Part shown: positions 29,494 through 39,794 of the stretch, one piece after another
How positions within the stretch are numbered: the first letter of the stretch is position 1
How the letters are laid out: each line of letters begins with the position of its first letter
Assembly: GCA_965219455.1 (NCBI GenBank)
Contig: OZ244744.1
Location: 2,112,001 to 2,176,000 of the forward strand
DNA: 64,000 nt
Source of the DNA: Candidatus Latescibacterota bacterium
Lineage (GTDB): Bacteria > Latescibacterota > UBA2968 > GCA-2709665
Reading direction: 5' to 3'
Notes under the pieces: model-generated
Databases searched by the model: none
Told to the model about the DNA's origin: nothing
What the model saw: the letters and a program-made list of their open reading frames with translations, nothing else
Translations under genes and position numbers: made by a program

Positions 29494-30659
29494 ACCTGGC
29501 GGGCAGGATGGCGCAGCTTGGCACCGAATCTGCGTTCGAAGTCCTGGTCAAAGCGCGAAACCTCGAAGCCCAGGGCAGAGATGTGGTCCACCTTGAAATC
29601 GGCGAACCCGATTTCGATACACCGCCCCATATTGTCGATGCCGCCCAACAGGCGCTTCATTCGGGTTATACGCACTACGGTCCTCCGATGGGCCTGCCGG
29701 AACTCCGCGAAGCCATCGCGAAGGATGTTTCCCGGTTCCGGGGAATTTCAGTCAATCCGGATCAGGTTGTGGTCACCCCGGGCGCCAAACCGATTATGTT
29801 CTACGCCATTCTGGCCCTTGCCCAGCCAGGAGACGAGGTTATCTATCCCGACCCCGGGTTTCCAATCTACGAGTCCGTAATCAGATTTGCGGGCGCCCAA
29901 CCGGTACCGATTGCCCTCAAAGAGGAACGCGCCTTCAGTCTCGACATGAACGAACTTGCTGATCTGATCACGGAGCGCACCCGGCTTCTCATCATCAATT
30001 CCCCTCAAAACCCCACCAGTGGCATCATTCCACCGGGAGACCTGGAGGCGATCGCGGAAATCGTCGTCGACAAGGGCATCCCGGTCCTTGCCGACGAGAT
30101 CTATTCCCGTATCCTGTACGAAGGCGAATTCCACAGCATATCCGTTTACGAGGGCATGCAGGACCAGACCATCATCCTGGACGGCTTCTCCAAGACCTAC
30201 GCCATGACGGGATGGCGCATCGGTTACGGGGTGATGCCGCGAAGCCTTGCGGATAAGTTCGGCCTCCTGATGGTCAACAGCAATTCCTGCACTGCGTCGT
30301 TCACCCAACGCGCCGCCCTGGCCGCACTCCAGGGTCCGCAGGATGACGTCCACGCGATGGTGGCTGAATTCAGACGGCGGCGGGATATCTTTGTCTCAGG
30401 ACTCCGCGAAATTCCGGGCATTCGCTGCCCACGCCCCGGCGGTGCATTCTACCTCTTTCCTAATGTCTCAGACCTGGGTCTCTCTTCACAGAAATTCGCC
30501 GACCACCTCCTGTACGAAGGAAATGTCGCGGCTCTATCCGGACATGACTTCGGCGCCCGTGGCGAAGGCCACCTCCGCTTCTCCTACGCCAATTCGATCG
30601 AAAATATCCAAAAGGCTCTGAACCGCATCGGAGATTGCGTGCGGAAAATCCGGGGATAA
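29490..30659 (+). CDS. Class I/II PLP aminotransferase (AspC-like)
   Basis: GEPDF, NSPQNPT, DEIY, FSKTYAMTGWRIG. ATGA overlap with pheA. Confidence 0.93.
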   Translation: MNLAGRMAQLGTESAFEVLVKARNLEAQGRDVVHLEIGEPDFDTPPHIVDAAQQALHSGYTHYGPPMGLPELREAIAKDVSRFRGISVNPDQVVVTPGAKPIMFYAILALAQPGDEVIYPDPGFPIYESVIRFAGAQPVPIALKEERAFSLDMNELADLITERTRLLIINSPQNPTSGIIPPGDLEAIAEIVVDKGIPVLADEIYSRILYEGEFHSISVYEGMQDQTIILDGFSKTYAMTGWRIGYGVMPRSLADKFGLLMVNSNSCTASFTQRAALAALQGPQDDVHAMVAEFRRRRDIFVSGLREIPGIRCPRPGGAFYLFPNVSDLGLSSQKFADHLLYEGNVAALSGHDFGARGEGHLRFSYANSIENIQKALNRIGDCVRKIRG

Positions 30660-30882
30660 CACGTCGTTTCAATCATGAAGCTCCGGTTGAAGGGTTCCGG
30701 GAGCTTATCGACAAAATGAGGCGAGCCCGACGTTTCAACGGGAAACCCGGCTCGCGGGCCGCACACAAACAGCCCCGACAACGAAAAGTTTTCGGGGCTT
30801 TGTGTTTTGGGGGCGGGCGGGGATCCGTTTCACCCGTTCGAAGGTGAATGAAAAACCCGCGGGATCCTGTTCTCCAGGCGAT

Positions 30883-32997
30883 TTACCACATCACGCGAAA
30901 AGATGTCGCCGTGCTCACCTCCTGCCGGCTGTTCAAATCCAGAACATTCACGCGGAATTCCCTGGGCCCGGGGAACGTCTCCAGGTTCAACACCTGGTAA
31001 ATCGGCTCCCACGCCTGCGATCCCTTGTGGGTGTAGGAAACCGCCGTGGTCCATTCCGGCTCCTCCGCCGCCTCGTCTTCCTTTACGTTTCGGATCTGGT
31101 AGGTCACCTGATAGTTGGTGGCGCCGAACCGATCTTTCTTCAGATTGTAAATTTCATAGTAGAAATACGCCTGCGCGCCCTGCTGATACTGTTTGAGCGG
31201 ATTGGGCAGAATGAGGTAACGCTCCCGACCGTAAGTCGCTTGCTCCCTTTCAACAATTCGACGCGCAAGCAGCATATCGCTCACACTCAACGAATCGAAT
31301 CCGAATGTCCCAACCCGCAACACGCTCCGAAACGTACCTATCGATTTTGTCTTCCGGTCCTCAGCCTCTGCCGCGATGAAATATTTCCCCGGCGCCAGCA
31401 TCAGCTTCTCGCTGGCAAACAGATATCCTTCCCGGGTCGCCGCATATTGTACCCACGGCATCACGTCCACCCTTCCGACGTCCTTCCTCAACGTATCCCA
31501 ATTGGCGTCGAACAGGAACAGACCCTGGCGTATTTCCACGGCCTGCGCCCCGGTTTGCGCTTCTATGTGTTGAACTTCCTCTCCCGGAAGCGCGTAATAT
31601 ACCTCCACTCTGGCCTTGTCACCGTCCCCTCGAAATCGGGCCATCTGGTAAGGCGCATCGTACCGCACCCATTTATATGGATCTTTATAGTACTCCGGTA
31701 CCTTTGTCGTCATCACGTCGAAATCCACCAGCCGATTCCCCAACCAGCCCACCCGATAGCGCCAGGTATCCCGCCCATCCGTATTTGCAAACAGCAGACG
31801 AAATCCGCCGTAGTCCCACAACTCCAGACGGGGACGATGTTTATACGGCGTGGATCCCTGCTGATTCAGCCAATACAGATGATCCTGGTACCACACCGGC
31901 TCATCCAGGCCGGTATCGATCTCGGGCGGACGGACACTCCTCGCCTCCGGACGTCCATACCGGATATACGCCTGTCCCTTGTCCGTCGTCCAGCCCGCAA
32001 TTCCCCGTTCCGGATCTCCGAAACGCAGGTTGGTATACGCCACCCGTCCGCAATGCTCCATCAGGCGTTCGTTAATCGGCGTCAGGAACAACGGGTCACG
32101 CCCCGTCCAGAATGCTCGCAGCGCCTCCTCATCCGGCAGTTCTTCGTCTTCCTCCATACTCTTTTTTCCGACCAGCATGAATACGGACATCATGAACTGC
32201 TGTTGGCGCGGCGGCATCCGGCGCAATCCGTTCACATAGGCAGGATAGGCACGCTTGAATTCGTCCTGCGCCTGGTATGCCAACCCTAAAAAGAAATAAG
32301 CGTCCGGATCGTCCGGGCGGCGTTTCAGGAAATCCTCGAATAGCAACGACATTTTGTCGGACATCTGGGCTTCGTAATACACCAATCCCAACAGAAGCAG
32401 TGAAGGTCTGTGTTCCGGATCGACATTCAGCGCTCTGGTCAGATATCCGATCGCCTGATCCCGGTCTTCCTCCCCGAATCTTTCCAGACTGAACGATCTC
32501 GTGCGGCGATTGCCTAAATCGTCGTACTGATAGTCGACCCGCTCGCCTTCCAGATACCGCGACATCTGCCAGGCGGCGTACCGGCCGGCCACGTACAGAG
32601 CGCCGACGTGGTCCGGATTCAGGTCGATCGCCCTCATTGCATTCTTATAGGCGTGGCCCCTTCTGCCCAGGGCCCATAGCACGTTCGCATATTCAATGCG
32701 AAAATCCATATTCGTTTTGTCTTTCCGCATCGCCCGCTGTAGCCAGGTAGAGGCCTGTCTGCGCGTACCCGGCGTCCTTTCATCGCTGTAAAGCCGAGCG
32801 AGTTCGTACATTGCCCATCCGGTATCGTCGAACCGAATCGCATCCCTTATAAGCCTGACGCGTTTCTGGTATTCGATCGTGGTGTCCGACGCAGCCGCAA
32901 GGAGCGAATCCACCCGCATCGAAACCGCTCTGGCGGCTTCGATGGGCGCCGCACAGACCAGAACGGCCCCCACAATCACATAAGCCAATGGCCGCAT
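30883..32997 (-). CDS. Secreted TPR + GWxTD domain protein
   Basis: Signal peptide after RBS GGAGGG, TPR repeats, FW..RDP...TP.NE, GWTTDKG..YIRYG.P, C-terminal Ig-like domains. Confidence 0.9.
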   Translation of the reverse strand: MRPLAYVIVGAVLVCAAPIEAARAVSMRVDSLLAAASDTTIEYQKRVRLIRDAIRFDDTGWAMYELARLYSDERTPGTRRQASTWLQRAMRKDKTNMDFRIEYANVLWALGRRGHAYKNAMRAIDLNPDHVGALYVAGRYAAWQMSRYLEGERVDYQYDDLGNRRTRSFSLERFGEEDRDQAIGYLTRALNVDPEHRPSLLLLGLVYYEAQMSDKMSLLFEDFLKRRPDDPDAYFFLGLAYQAQDEFKRAYPAYVNGLRRMPPRQQQFMMSVFMLVGKKSMEEDEELPDEEALRAFWTGRDPLFLTPINERLMEHCGRVAYTNLRFGDPERGIAGWTTDKGQAYIRYGRPEARSVRPPEIDTGLDEPVWYQDHLYWLNQQGSTPYKHRPRLELWDYGGFRLLFANTDGRDTWRYRVGWLGNRLVDFDVMTTKVPEYYKDPYKWVRYDAPYQMARFRGDGDKARVEVYYALPGEEVQHIEAQTGAQAVEIRQGLFLFDANWDTLRKDVGRVDVMPWVQYAATREGYLFASEKLMLAPGKYFIAAEAEDRKTKSIGTFRSVLRVGTFGFDSLSVSDMLLARRIVEREQATYGRERYLILPNPLKQYQQGAQAYFYYEIYNLKKDRFGATNYQVTYQIRNVKEDEAAEEPEWTTAVSYTHKGSQAWEPIYQVLNLETFPGPREFRVNVLDLNSRQEVSTATSFRVMW

Positions 32998-33058
32998 ACT
33001 CCCTCCTGAAGGTGGCTCCCAACGTCGCGAAATCTGTAACAACGCAATAAATGGCAGT

Positions 33059-33087
33059 TTGACAATGAAATAAATGCCCGGTATCAT
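33059..33087 (+). promoter_or_regulatory. Sigma70-type promoter upstream of the catabolic gene run
   Basis: TTGACA-17 bp-TATCAT. Confidence 0.6.
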
Positions 33088-33266
33088 GTATACGAACGAT
33101 CCGTTGAAAAGTTCTCTGCCAATTCCACCTGACCCCCATCTCAACTGGAATATACGCCGGGAATGAATTATGTTACGGCGTCCCGCTCTTGAGGACGTGT
33201 AATCCGGGCCGGAGTTGCAAATCGGCTGCCACGTTCCAATAGAAACTGCTATCCGCGGAGAATTCC

Positions 33267-34337
33267 ATGTCCAACCCCTACAGCCAGCCGCCTGAGGTCA
33301 TCAACCGCTGGATCAACGATCGTCAACGACTGCTTCGAAATGAATCCGAAGACTTTCTTCGCAATGAAGTCCTGAACTACGGCCCGCGGCAGGCCGCGCA
33401 CTGGAATCGGGACTACAGCTCGGTTGAAGCCTTTGAAAGTTCAGTCGAAGCCAACCGACGCCGCTGGCAGAAAACGATCGGCATCTTTGAGTACGACGGC
33501 ACCCAACTCGAACCGGTACTCGATCCGTGGTACGAAGACGACACGTTTACCGCGTGGTGGCTTACCATCGGATTATCGGGCAATCTGAAGGGCCGCGGAA
33601 TACTCGCCCTGCCCAAAGGCAAGGACGATCCTGTCCCGCTTGTCATCGCCCAGCACGGTATCGGATCGTCGCCTGAAAAGGCATTTGGCCTGGACGACCC
33701 GGGCGATCTGTACAAATCCTACGGTCGTCGCCTGGCGGAGGAGGGGTTTGCCGTCATCGCTCCGATGAATATCTCGGGCGCCTCTCCTCGAGCCCGGCAG
33801 GAACGCCTCTGCAAGCTCCTGGGCAAAACCCTTTGGGGCCTCGAGATCTACCGTACCCGGCGCCTCCTGGACTACCTGGAAACCCGCCCTGAAATCGATA
33901 CCAAACGCACAGCCATGTATGGCATCAGCCTCGGCGGCGCCTACACCATGTTCACAACCCCGATCGAACCCCGCATCAGGGCCGCCGTGGTGTGCGCCTG
34001 GTTCAACCACAGGCGTAATAAAATGGCCGTGGACGACCCCCGGTACAGCTGCTTTCTCTCTGTTAACGAAGAACATGTATGGATTCCCGGCTGGCTGAGC
34101 GCGTTCACCGACAGCGACCTGGTTTCACTCATCTGTCCCCGTCCCCTGCTGGTAGAGCAGGGCAAAGCCGACGGAATCGCCTGGTGGCCCATGATGCTGG
34201 AGGAGTATCACCTGGCCCGCGAACACTACGCCAGACTCGGATTATCCGAAAGTATCGAAATTGACCTTCACGAAGGCGGCCACGAGATTCGGCTCGACAA
34301 GAGCCTTCAATTTCTCAAGAAATGGTTGGCGCTGTAG
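33267..34337 (+). CDS. Alpha/beta hydrolase (dienelactone hydrolase/esterase-like)
   Basis: QHG, GISLGG nucleophile elbow, GKAD, GGHE. Confidence 0.85.
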   Translation: MSNPYSQPPEVINRWINDRQRLLRNESEDFLRNEVLNYGPRQAAHWNRDYSSVEAFESSVEANRRRWQKTIGIFEYDGTQLEPVLDPWYEDDTFTAWWLTIGLSGNLKGRGILALPKGKDDPVPLVIAQHGIGSSPEKAFGLDDPGDLYKSYGRRLAEEGFAVIAPMNISGASPRARQERLCKLLGKTLWGLEIYRTRRLLDYLETRPEIDTKRTAMYGISLGGAYTMFTTPIEPRIRAAVVCAWFNHRRNKMAVDDPRYSCFLSVNEEHVWIPGWLSAFTDSDLVSLICPRPLLVEQGKADGIAWWPMMLEEYHLAREHYARLGLSESIEIDLHEGGHEIRLDKSLQFLKKWLAL

Positions 34338-34424
34338 CCGGTACCCTGCGGATTGCCGGATTTCGTTTTGCATGTTGACGGCTGAACCGGACATTCCAAA
34401 ATACACAACGCAAAGGAAAAAAAC

Positions 34425-35423
34425 ATGGTTAAACTTGGTGTCTTCGGATGCGCAGGCATTGCGACCCATCAGCTGAGTTCCGTCTGGGACGACAATCGTT
34501 TCGACGTGGTCGCCGGCGCGGACGTCCGTCCGGCGCAACTCGACGTATTCAGGGAAAAATTCGACATGCGGCACGGGTACACCGACTACCGGGTTCTGCT
34601 TGCCGAAGCCGATATCGAAGCCGTCATGATCTGTGCGCCCACCTTCCTCCATCCGGAAATGGCCATCGCCTCCGCGGAGGCCGGCAAACATATCTTCTGC
34701 CAGAAACCCATGGCAATGAACGCTTACGATTGTTACCGTATGATCCAGACCTGCCGCAAATATAACGTCAAACTCCAGATCGGTTTCGTACGGCGTTTCG
34801 ACAACGACTGGGGCACGGTCAAAAGGGTCGTCGACTCCGGCCGGCTGGGAAGCCCTGTTCTCTGGCGCCAAACCGCCGGGGGCTCGCCCCCGGGCAGCCC
34901 GTTCTTTATGGACCGCTTTCAGGGCGGCGGGCCGATGATCGACGGAATGGTCCACAACTACGACTTCGCGGTCCACTGTTTCGGCAAACCCGTGGAAGTC
35001 AAATCCATGCCTATGAAAATCCACCACACGTCCACGGCCTGGGATACCGGCACCGTCCTCGTCCGCTTTGAACGGGGCGATGCCCTCATGTGCTCCTGGA
35101 CCTGGGGACTGCCGGCCGGCGTTCGCACCGGAGGCGGCACGGACATCATCGGTCCCAATGGTGTGCTCTTATTTCCCGGAAACTACGATCCGAAAAAAAC
35201 CGAAAACAAATACGACGCCGACACCCAGGGCGCTTACCACCTATCCATGGCCGATGGCGAAGAGGAAGTCATCCCCTTCAAAAAGAAAAACATGTTTCGG
35301 GATGAGATGCTGCATTTCGCCGATTGGGTTCAGAGTGGCGCCGATCCGCTCGTCACAGGTGAAAACGGTCTGTGCGCCACCCGAATCGCCGAACTCGCGC
35401 TCAACGGCGGAGGTCTGTATTAG
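34425..35423 (+). CDS. Gfo/Idh/MocA oxidoreductase
   Basis: GVFGCAGIA, CAPTFLH, CQKPMA, GGGPMIDGMVH. Confidence 0.9.
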   Translation: MVKLGVFGCAGIATHQLSSVWDDNRFDVVAGADVRPAQLDVFREKFDMRHGYTDYRVLLAEADIEAVMICAPTFLHPEMAIASAEAGKHIFCQKPMAMNAYDCYRMIQTCRKYNVKLQIGFVRRFDNDWGTVKRVVDSGRLGSPVLWRQTAGGSPPGSPFFMDRFQGGGPMIDGMVHNYDFAVHCFGKPVEVKSMPMKIHHTSTAWDTGTVLVRFERGDALMCSWTWGLPAGVRTGGGTDIIGPNGVLLFPGNYDPKKTENKYDADTQGAYHLSMADGEEEVIPFKKKNMFRDEMLHFADWVQSGADPLVTGENGLCATRIAELALNGGGLY

Positions 35424-35516
35424 CCCGGGGAGCGTGCGCGGCAATCAGGAACTGTCAGAGAAAGTCATCGTAACGCTTGAACGGATGTCCGACCGTTAAA
35501 AGATTAAGAGTTATAC

Positions 35517-36401
35517 ATGACCCTGGTGCGTATCGCCCTGGCGCAGACACGCCAAACTGCGGACCGAGAGGACAACCGCCGCGCCATTCTCGAAGCCATC
35601 GACCTCGCGGCCTCCCGGAACGTGCAAATCCTGTGTTTTCCCGAGACCCAGACGATTGGCTACCGGGTAGACATTGCTTCCGCCGACGCACCCGTGCCCG
35701 TCGCCTGGCTCAATGAGGTTCACGGCGAGGTTGCAGCACGATGCGCGAAGCACGGCATAGCCTGCATCCTGGGTACCGAAATGGCCTCCGATGGCGGAAA
35801 GCCGTACAACACCGCTCTCGTGATCGATAAAGATGGGAATGTCCAGGGTATGCACCATAAGACAATGCTGACGCCACTGGACGCAATGGCCTACGAACGG
35901 GGAAACGGGCAGCACGCGTTCAATCTTTCTGGCGTGCGCATTGGCGTGGTCATCTGCTTCGAGGCACTGCGCTTTGCGGAGACGACAGCCGAATGCGTAC
36001 GCCGCGGCGCCCAGGTCGTCTTCCATCCGCAGAACAACACGACCCGTCCCAACGACTGGAAAATCCCCATTCACCACGCGATGATCGTCACTCGCGCAGC
36101 CGAGAACACCGTTTGGTTCGCTTCTTGCAACGCCTGCCTCCCACACCAGAACAGCCGCAGCCTGATTGTAGCCCCCGACGGCCGCATACACGGGCAGACG
36201 GATCTGAAACAGGAGGAATTGTTGGTACGTGACATCGACATCCGGAAGGCAACGCGTGCGATGTTCCGCCTGGGAGAAGACGGCTCAGCCGAGGGGGCGG
36301 TGGAACACAGCGCAAGCCTGCTGTTCGCCGACACGGTGAAGCCGGAAGAGTATGCCGCCGCGCTCGATGTGAACAATTCCCCATCCGGGGCATCGCAATG
36401 A
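35517..36401 (+). CDS. Carbon-nitrogen hydrolase (nitrilase superfamily)
   Basis: E-K-C triad: FPE, HHK, ICFE; RAAEN. Confidence 0.9.
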   Translation: MTLVRIALAQTRQTADREDNRRAILEAIDLAASRNVQILCFPETQTIGYRVDIASADAPVPVAWLNEVHGEVAARCAKHGIACILGTEMASDGGKPYNTALVIDKDGNVQGMHHKTMLTPLDAMAYERGNGQHAFNLSGVRIGVVICFEALRFAETTAECVRRGAQVVFHPQNNTTRPNDWKIPIHHAMIVTRAAENTVWFASCNACLPHQNSRSLIVAPDGRIHGQTDLKQEELLVRDIDIRKATRAMFRLGEDGSAEGAVEHSASLLFADTVKPEEYAAALDVNNSPSGASQ

Positions 36402-38443
36402 CCACTCGAACCCTCCTGATGCTGGCCGTTCTCCTCTGCACGGCGCCAACCCTGTATGCACAGGGCGACGAAAACCCTCCCAACGTCGACTTCAACGACG
36501 ACGGCGTCGTCGACTTCCAGGATTTCATCCAGTTTGCACAAGCCTTCGGAACCAGGCAGACTCTATATGACCTGGACAGCGACGGCACTGTCGCCTTTGG
36601 AGACTTCCTGCTCTTCGTCCGGGCGTTCGGCCAGACCGGCGTCCCCATTCCTCAGATCCGCAATATCGGCATCCCTGTACGTTCCGTAAACTGGGTTCGT
36701 CTTCATCCGGGTCGAAACAGTGAGAACCGCCCACGTGTGTACGTTACTATGGGGCAACAGGCCGACAACCTGTTCGTCCTCCAGGTCGACCCCGAAACCG
36801 GCGACTTCCACCAGTTCGTCTCCCCGGTACCCCGCTCGAACTACCCCACCGCCACCCTGATGAGCCGGTCAGGACGCCTTTACATCGGTTCCGCGTATGC
36901 CGGCCATCTCCTCTGTTTCGATCCTCGCCAGAACGCCCTTCTGGATCTGGGCGCCATCAACCCGGGAGCCGCCACTTTCCCATGCCAAATCGACGAAGAT
37001 CAGAACGGTCGCATCTGGATCGGTAGTTATCCAGGAGCTGACCTTACGGTTTACGATCCAAAAACAGGCGAGTTCACACGCTACGGTCGCATGTCCAGCC
37101 TCGACAAGTACAACTATCCCCTGGTCGCCCCCGACGGAAAGATCGCTTGCCGCATCTGGCCGACACGGCCGCACGTCGTCGTCTTCGATCCCACCACGAA
37201 GGAAAGTTTCCTTGTCGGGCCGATAACATACAAGGGCCAGGGTACGCTTACTTTGGAAAGAAGAAAGGACGACAACCTCTACGTCATCACGTCGGACTAC
37301 GGCAATTTCCAGATTTCCGGCAACGTAGGGATTCCCGTTTCGAGTCTGCCGGGACGCATACCCCGGCCCACGCTGCCCGACGGCAGCACTTTCTTTTTCG
37401 CGGACGCCCGCCAGCAGATCAATCGCAAGCTGAGCATCCGCAGTCCGACAGGCCGCGTCAGATCGTTTGAACTGGACTACAGGGCCAGCGGCAGCGACAT
37501 TTTCTATATACACACCGGGCCGGACGGTCTTATCTACGGCTCCAGCATCCTGCCATTGCACCTCTTCAGATTTAACCCCATCTCCGGTGAAATGGTCGAC
37601 CTGGGCAAATGTTCCAGTTCCGGCGGCGAAGCCTATTCCATGGCAAACCTGGAAGGTAAACTATATATCTCCTCCTATCCGGCCGCTCGCATTTCAGTCT
37701 ACGACCCTTCACTCCCGTATCACTTTGGTTCAGGCCCGGACGACAACCCTCGTGAGTTGGGTCGGCTGGACGACATCTCCTACCGGCCCCGTTCCACGCT
37801 CGCCGGTCCAATGGGCAGGGTGTGGATCGCGTCTGTACCGGACTATGGCCGGTGGGGCGGCCCTCTCGCCTATTACGATCCCGAGACCGGTGCCAGAAAA
37901 TCCTACAAGCGCATCGCGGGGGACGCGAGTTGCTACACCCTCGCTCATCTGGAGCGCCAGAATCTCATCGCCGTGGGCACCAATATCCGCGGCGGCAGCG
38001 GGACGGATCCGAAAGTCAATGAAGCCACGCTCTTCCTCTGGGATTACCACGCCGAAGAAAAAGCCTGGGAGGGCACGATCGAAGGCCGAAGCGCACCCGT
38101 TTCGGTCTTCAATGCGTTACTCGCCGGGCCCGACGGCCTGCTTTATGGCACGGTTCGGGGCGGTGGAGTCGATGAACTCTTCGTGTTCGATCCAAACGCC
38201 CGCATCTTCACACACCGCATTACCCTGCCCGGCGGAAGGCCGCTGGACCTGGGCCTTCGGAACGGGCCGGACGGCAAAATCTACGGCTTCACCACGTCTC
38301 TCATCTACAGTCTCGACCCCTCCACCCGTCAGGTTGAGGAGGTCCTCAGCGTGGAAGATGGTATCCAAATCGCAGGGCCGATTCTGGACCAGGACATTTT
38401 CTTCGCGACCGGCGGGGTGCTTCGGTCGGCCAACATATTCTAA
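36398..38443 (+). CDS. Secreted protein: paired EF-hand/dockerin-like domain + beta-propellers
   Basis: Signal peptide; DFNDDGVVDFQDF..F..AFG and DLDSDGTVAFGDF..F..AFG; repeated YDP..G / GPDG.IYG blades. Confidence 0.82.
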   Translation: MTTRTLLMLAVLLCTAPTLYAQGDENPPNVDFNDDGVVDFQDFIQFAQAFGTRQTLYDLDSDGTVAFGDFLLFVRAFGQTGVPIPQIRNIGIPVRSVNWVRLHPGRNSENRPRVYVTMGQQADNLFVLQVDPETGDFHQFVSPVPRSNYPTATLMSRSGRLYIGSAYAGHLLCFDPRQNALLDLGAINPGAATFPCQIDEDQNGRIWIGSYPGADLTVYDPKTGEFTRYGRMSSLDKYNYPLVAPDGKIACRIWPTRPHVVVFDPTTKESFLVGPITYKGQGTLTLERRKDDNLYVITSDYGNFQISGNVGIPVSSLPGRIPRPTLPDGSTFFFADARQQINRKLSIRSPTGRVRSFELDYRASGSDIFYIHTGPDGLIYGSSILPLHLFRFNPISGEMVDLGKCSSSGGEAYSMANLEGKLYISSYPAARISVYDPSLPYHFGSGPDDNPRELGRLDDISYRPRSTLAGPMGRVWIASVPDYGRWGGPLAYYDPETGARKSYKRIAGDASCYTLAHLERQNLIAVGTNIRGGSGTDPKVNEATLFLWDYHAEEKAWEGTIEGRSAPVSVFNALLAGPDGLLYGTVRGGGVDELFVFDPNARIFTHRITLPGGRPLDLGLRNGPDGKIYGFTTSLIYSLDPSTRQVEEVLSVEDGIQIAGPILDQDIFFATGGVLRSANIF

Positions 38444-38601
38444 CCCGTTTCAGGTGTGAACAATACCGGCATTCCCCGGTCGCTGCCGGGAGGGGTGGGC
38501 TTTTTCGAGTTGCATGGCCGCCTTTCAGGCGATATTGTAGGGCCTCGAGACAGCATTGTTGTCCTTGTGCCCGTATGTCACGTCTCACAGGGGTACACCG
38601 A

Positions 38602-39669
38602 ATGGCCCGGACAGCCTCGAAAAGAAAGCTCCGTATCGCCTTCATCGGCGCGGGAGGCATCGCCGGAACCCACATGCGTTGTTTCGCGGAGATGGACGAC
38701 GTAGAGATGATCGCCATGGCAGACATCTCGGAGACGGCTCTTGAACAGCGTTCGAAAGAATACGACATTGCCAATTGCTTTACGGACTACACAACCATGC
38801 TGCGAAAAGTCAAGCCCGATGCCGTAAGCATCTGCACGCCGAACGGCCTTCACGCCCCGACCACCATAGCCGCGCTTTCAGCGGGCGCTCACGTCATTGT
38901 CGAAAAGCCACTGGCCATGAATGCACGTGAGGGCAAAACCATGTTGGACGCAGCGGCAAAACACCGGCGCAAACTCGTCATCGGCTTTCAGCAACGCTTC
39001 GACCCCAAAACCCAATTCATCAAGAGAGCCGTGGACAGCGGCCGGCTGGGAAGGATACTTTTCGGCCGGGTGCAGGCCCTGCGCAGACGCGGCATTCCCA
39101 ACTGGGGTGTTTTCGGCCGCAAGGAACTCCAGGGTGGCGGTCCGCTCGTCGACATCGGTGTACACGTGCTGGAAGCCGTCCACTACATCATGGGCTCACC
39201 TACACCCGTCGCAGCCAGTGGAAATGTCTTTACCTACCTCGGAAACAGAAAATCAGAAACGGCCTGCAGGTGGCCGGACTGGGATCACAAGACCTACACC
39301 GTCGAAGACCTTGCGGTGGGCCAGGTCCGCTTTGACGGCGGCGGCGTCATTCACGTTGAATCCAGTTTTGCCGCCCACATACCGGCCGACGTATGGAACT
39401 TTCAACTCTTTGGCGAACGAGGCGGCGTCACCTGGGATCCTCTCTCGATCGCGCGGGATGACAACGGATACATGGTAAACACCGAACCCGGCTGGTTGCC
39501 CAAATCCGATTTCGGATCCACCTTCGGCGCCAAACTTCGCAACTTTGTAGACCATGTCCTTCACGACAAACCCACTCTTGCACCCGCCGAACATGGCCTG
39601 ATGGTTCAACAAATGATGGACGCCATTTACGAATCCGCCGAAAAGGGACGTGAAGTTGGCATCGATTGA
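38602..39669 (+). CDS. Gfo/Idh/MocA oxidoreductase
   Basis: IGAGGIA, CTPN..H, EKPLA, RRRGIP.WG, GGGPLVDIGVH. Confidence 0.92.
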   Translation: MARTASKRKLRIAFIGAGGIAGTHMRCFAEMDDVEMIAMADISETALEQRSKEYDIANCFTDYTTMLRKVKPDAVSICTPNGLHAPTTIAALSAGAHVIVEKPLAMNAREGKTMLDAAAKHRRKLVIGFQQRFDPKTQFIKRAVDSGRLGRILFGRVQALRRRGIPNWGVFGRKELQGGGPLVDIGVHVLEAVHYIMGSPTPVAASGNVFTYLGNRKSETACRWPDWDHKTYTVEDLAVGQVRFDGGGVIHVESSFAAHIPADVWNFQLFGERGGVTWDPLSIARDDNGYMVNTEPGWLPKSDFGSTFGAKLRNFVDHVLHDKPTLAPAEHGLMVQQMMDAIYESAEKGREVGID

Positions 39670-39794
39670 TAGGGTGCGCGGATCAGCGTTTCGCGTTCCT
39701 GGTCCAGGGGCTGAACGAAGGACGACGCCTCTTACGGAGAGGCGGAATTCGATCCGTTCGGACATCAAAATACCTTTTTCACTTCCCATACGGC

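Noticed and set aside
30802-32289. 495-aa plus-strand ORF
   Set aside because: Antisense shadow of the GWxTD gene; no motifs.
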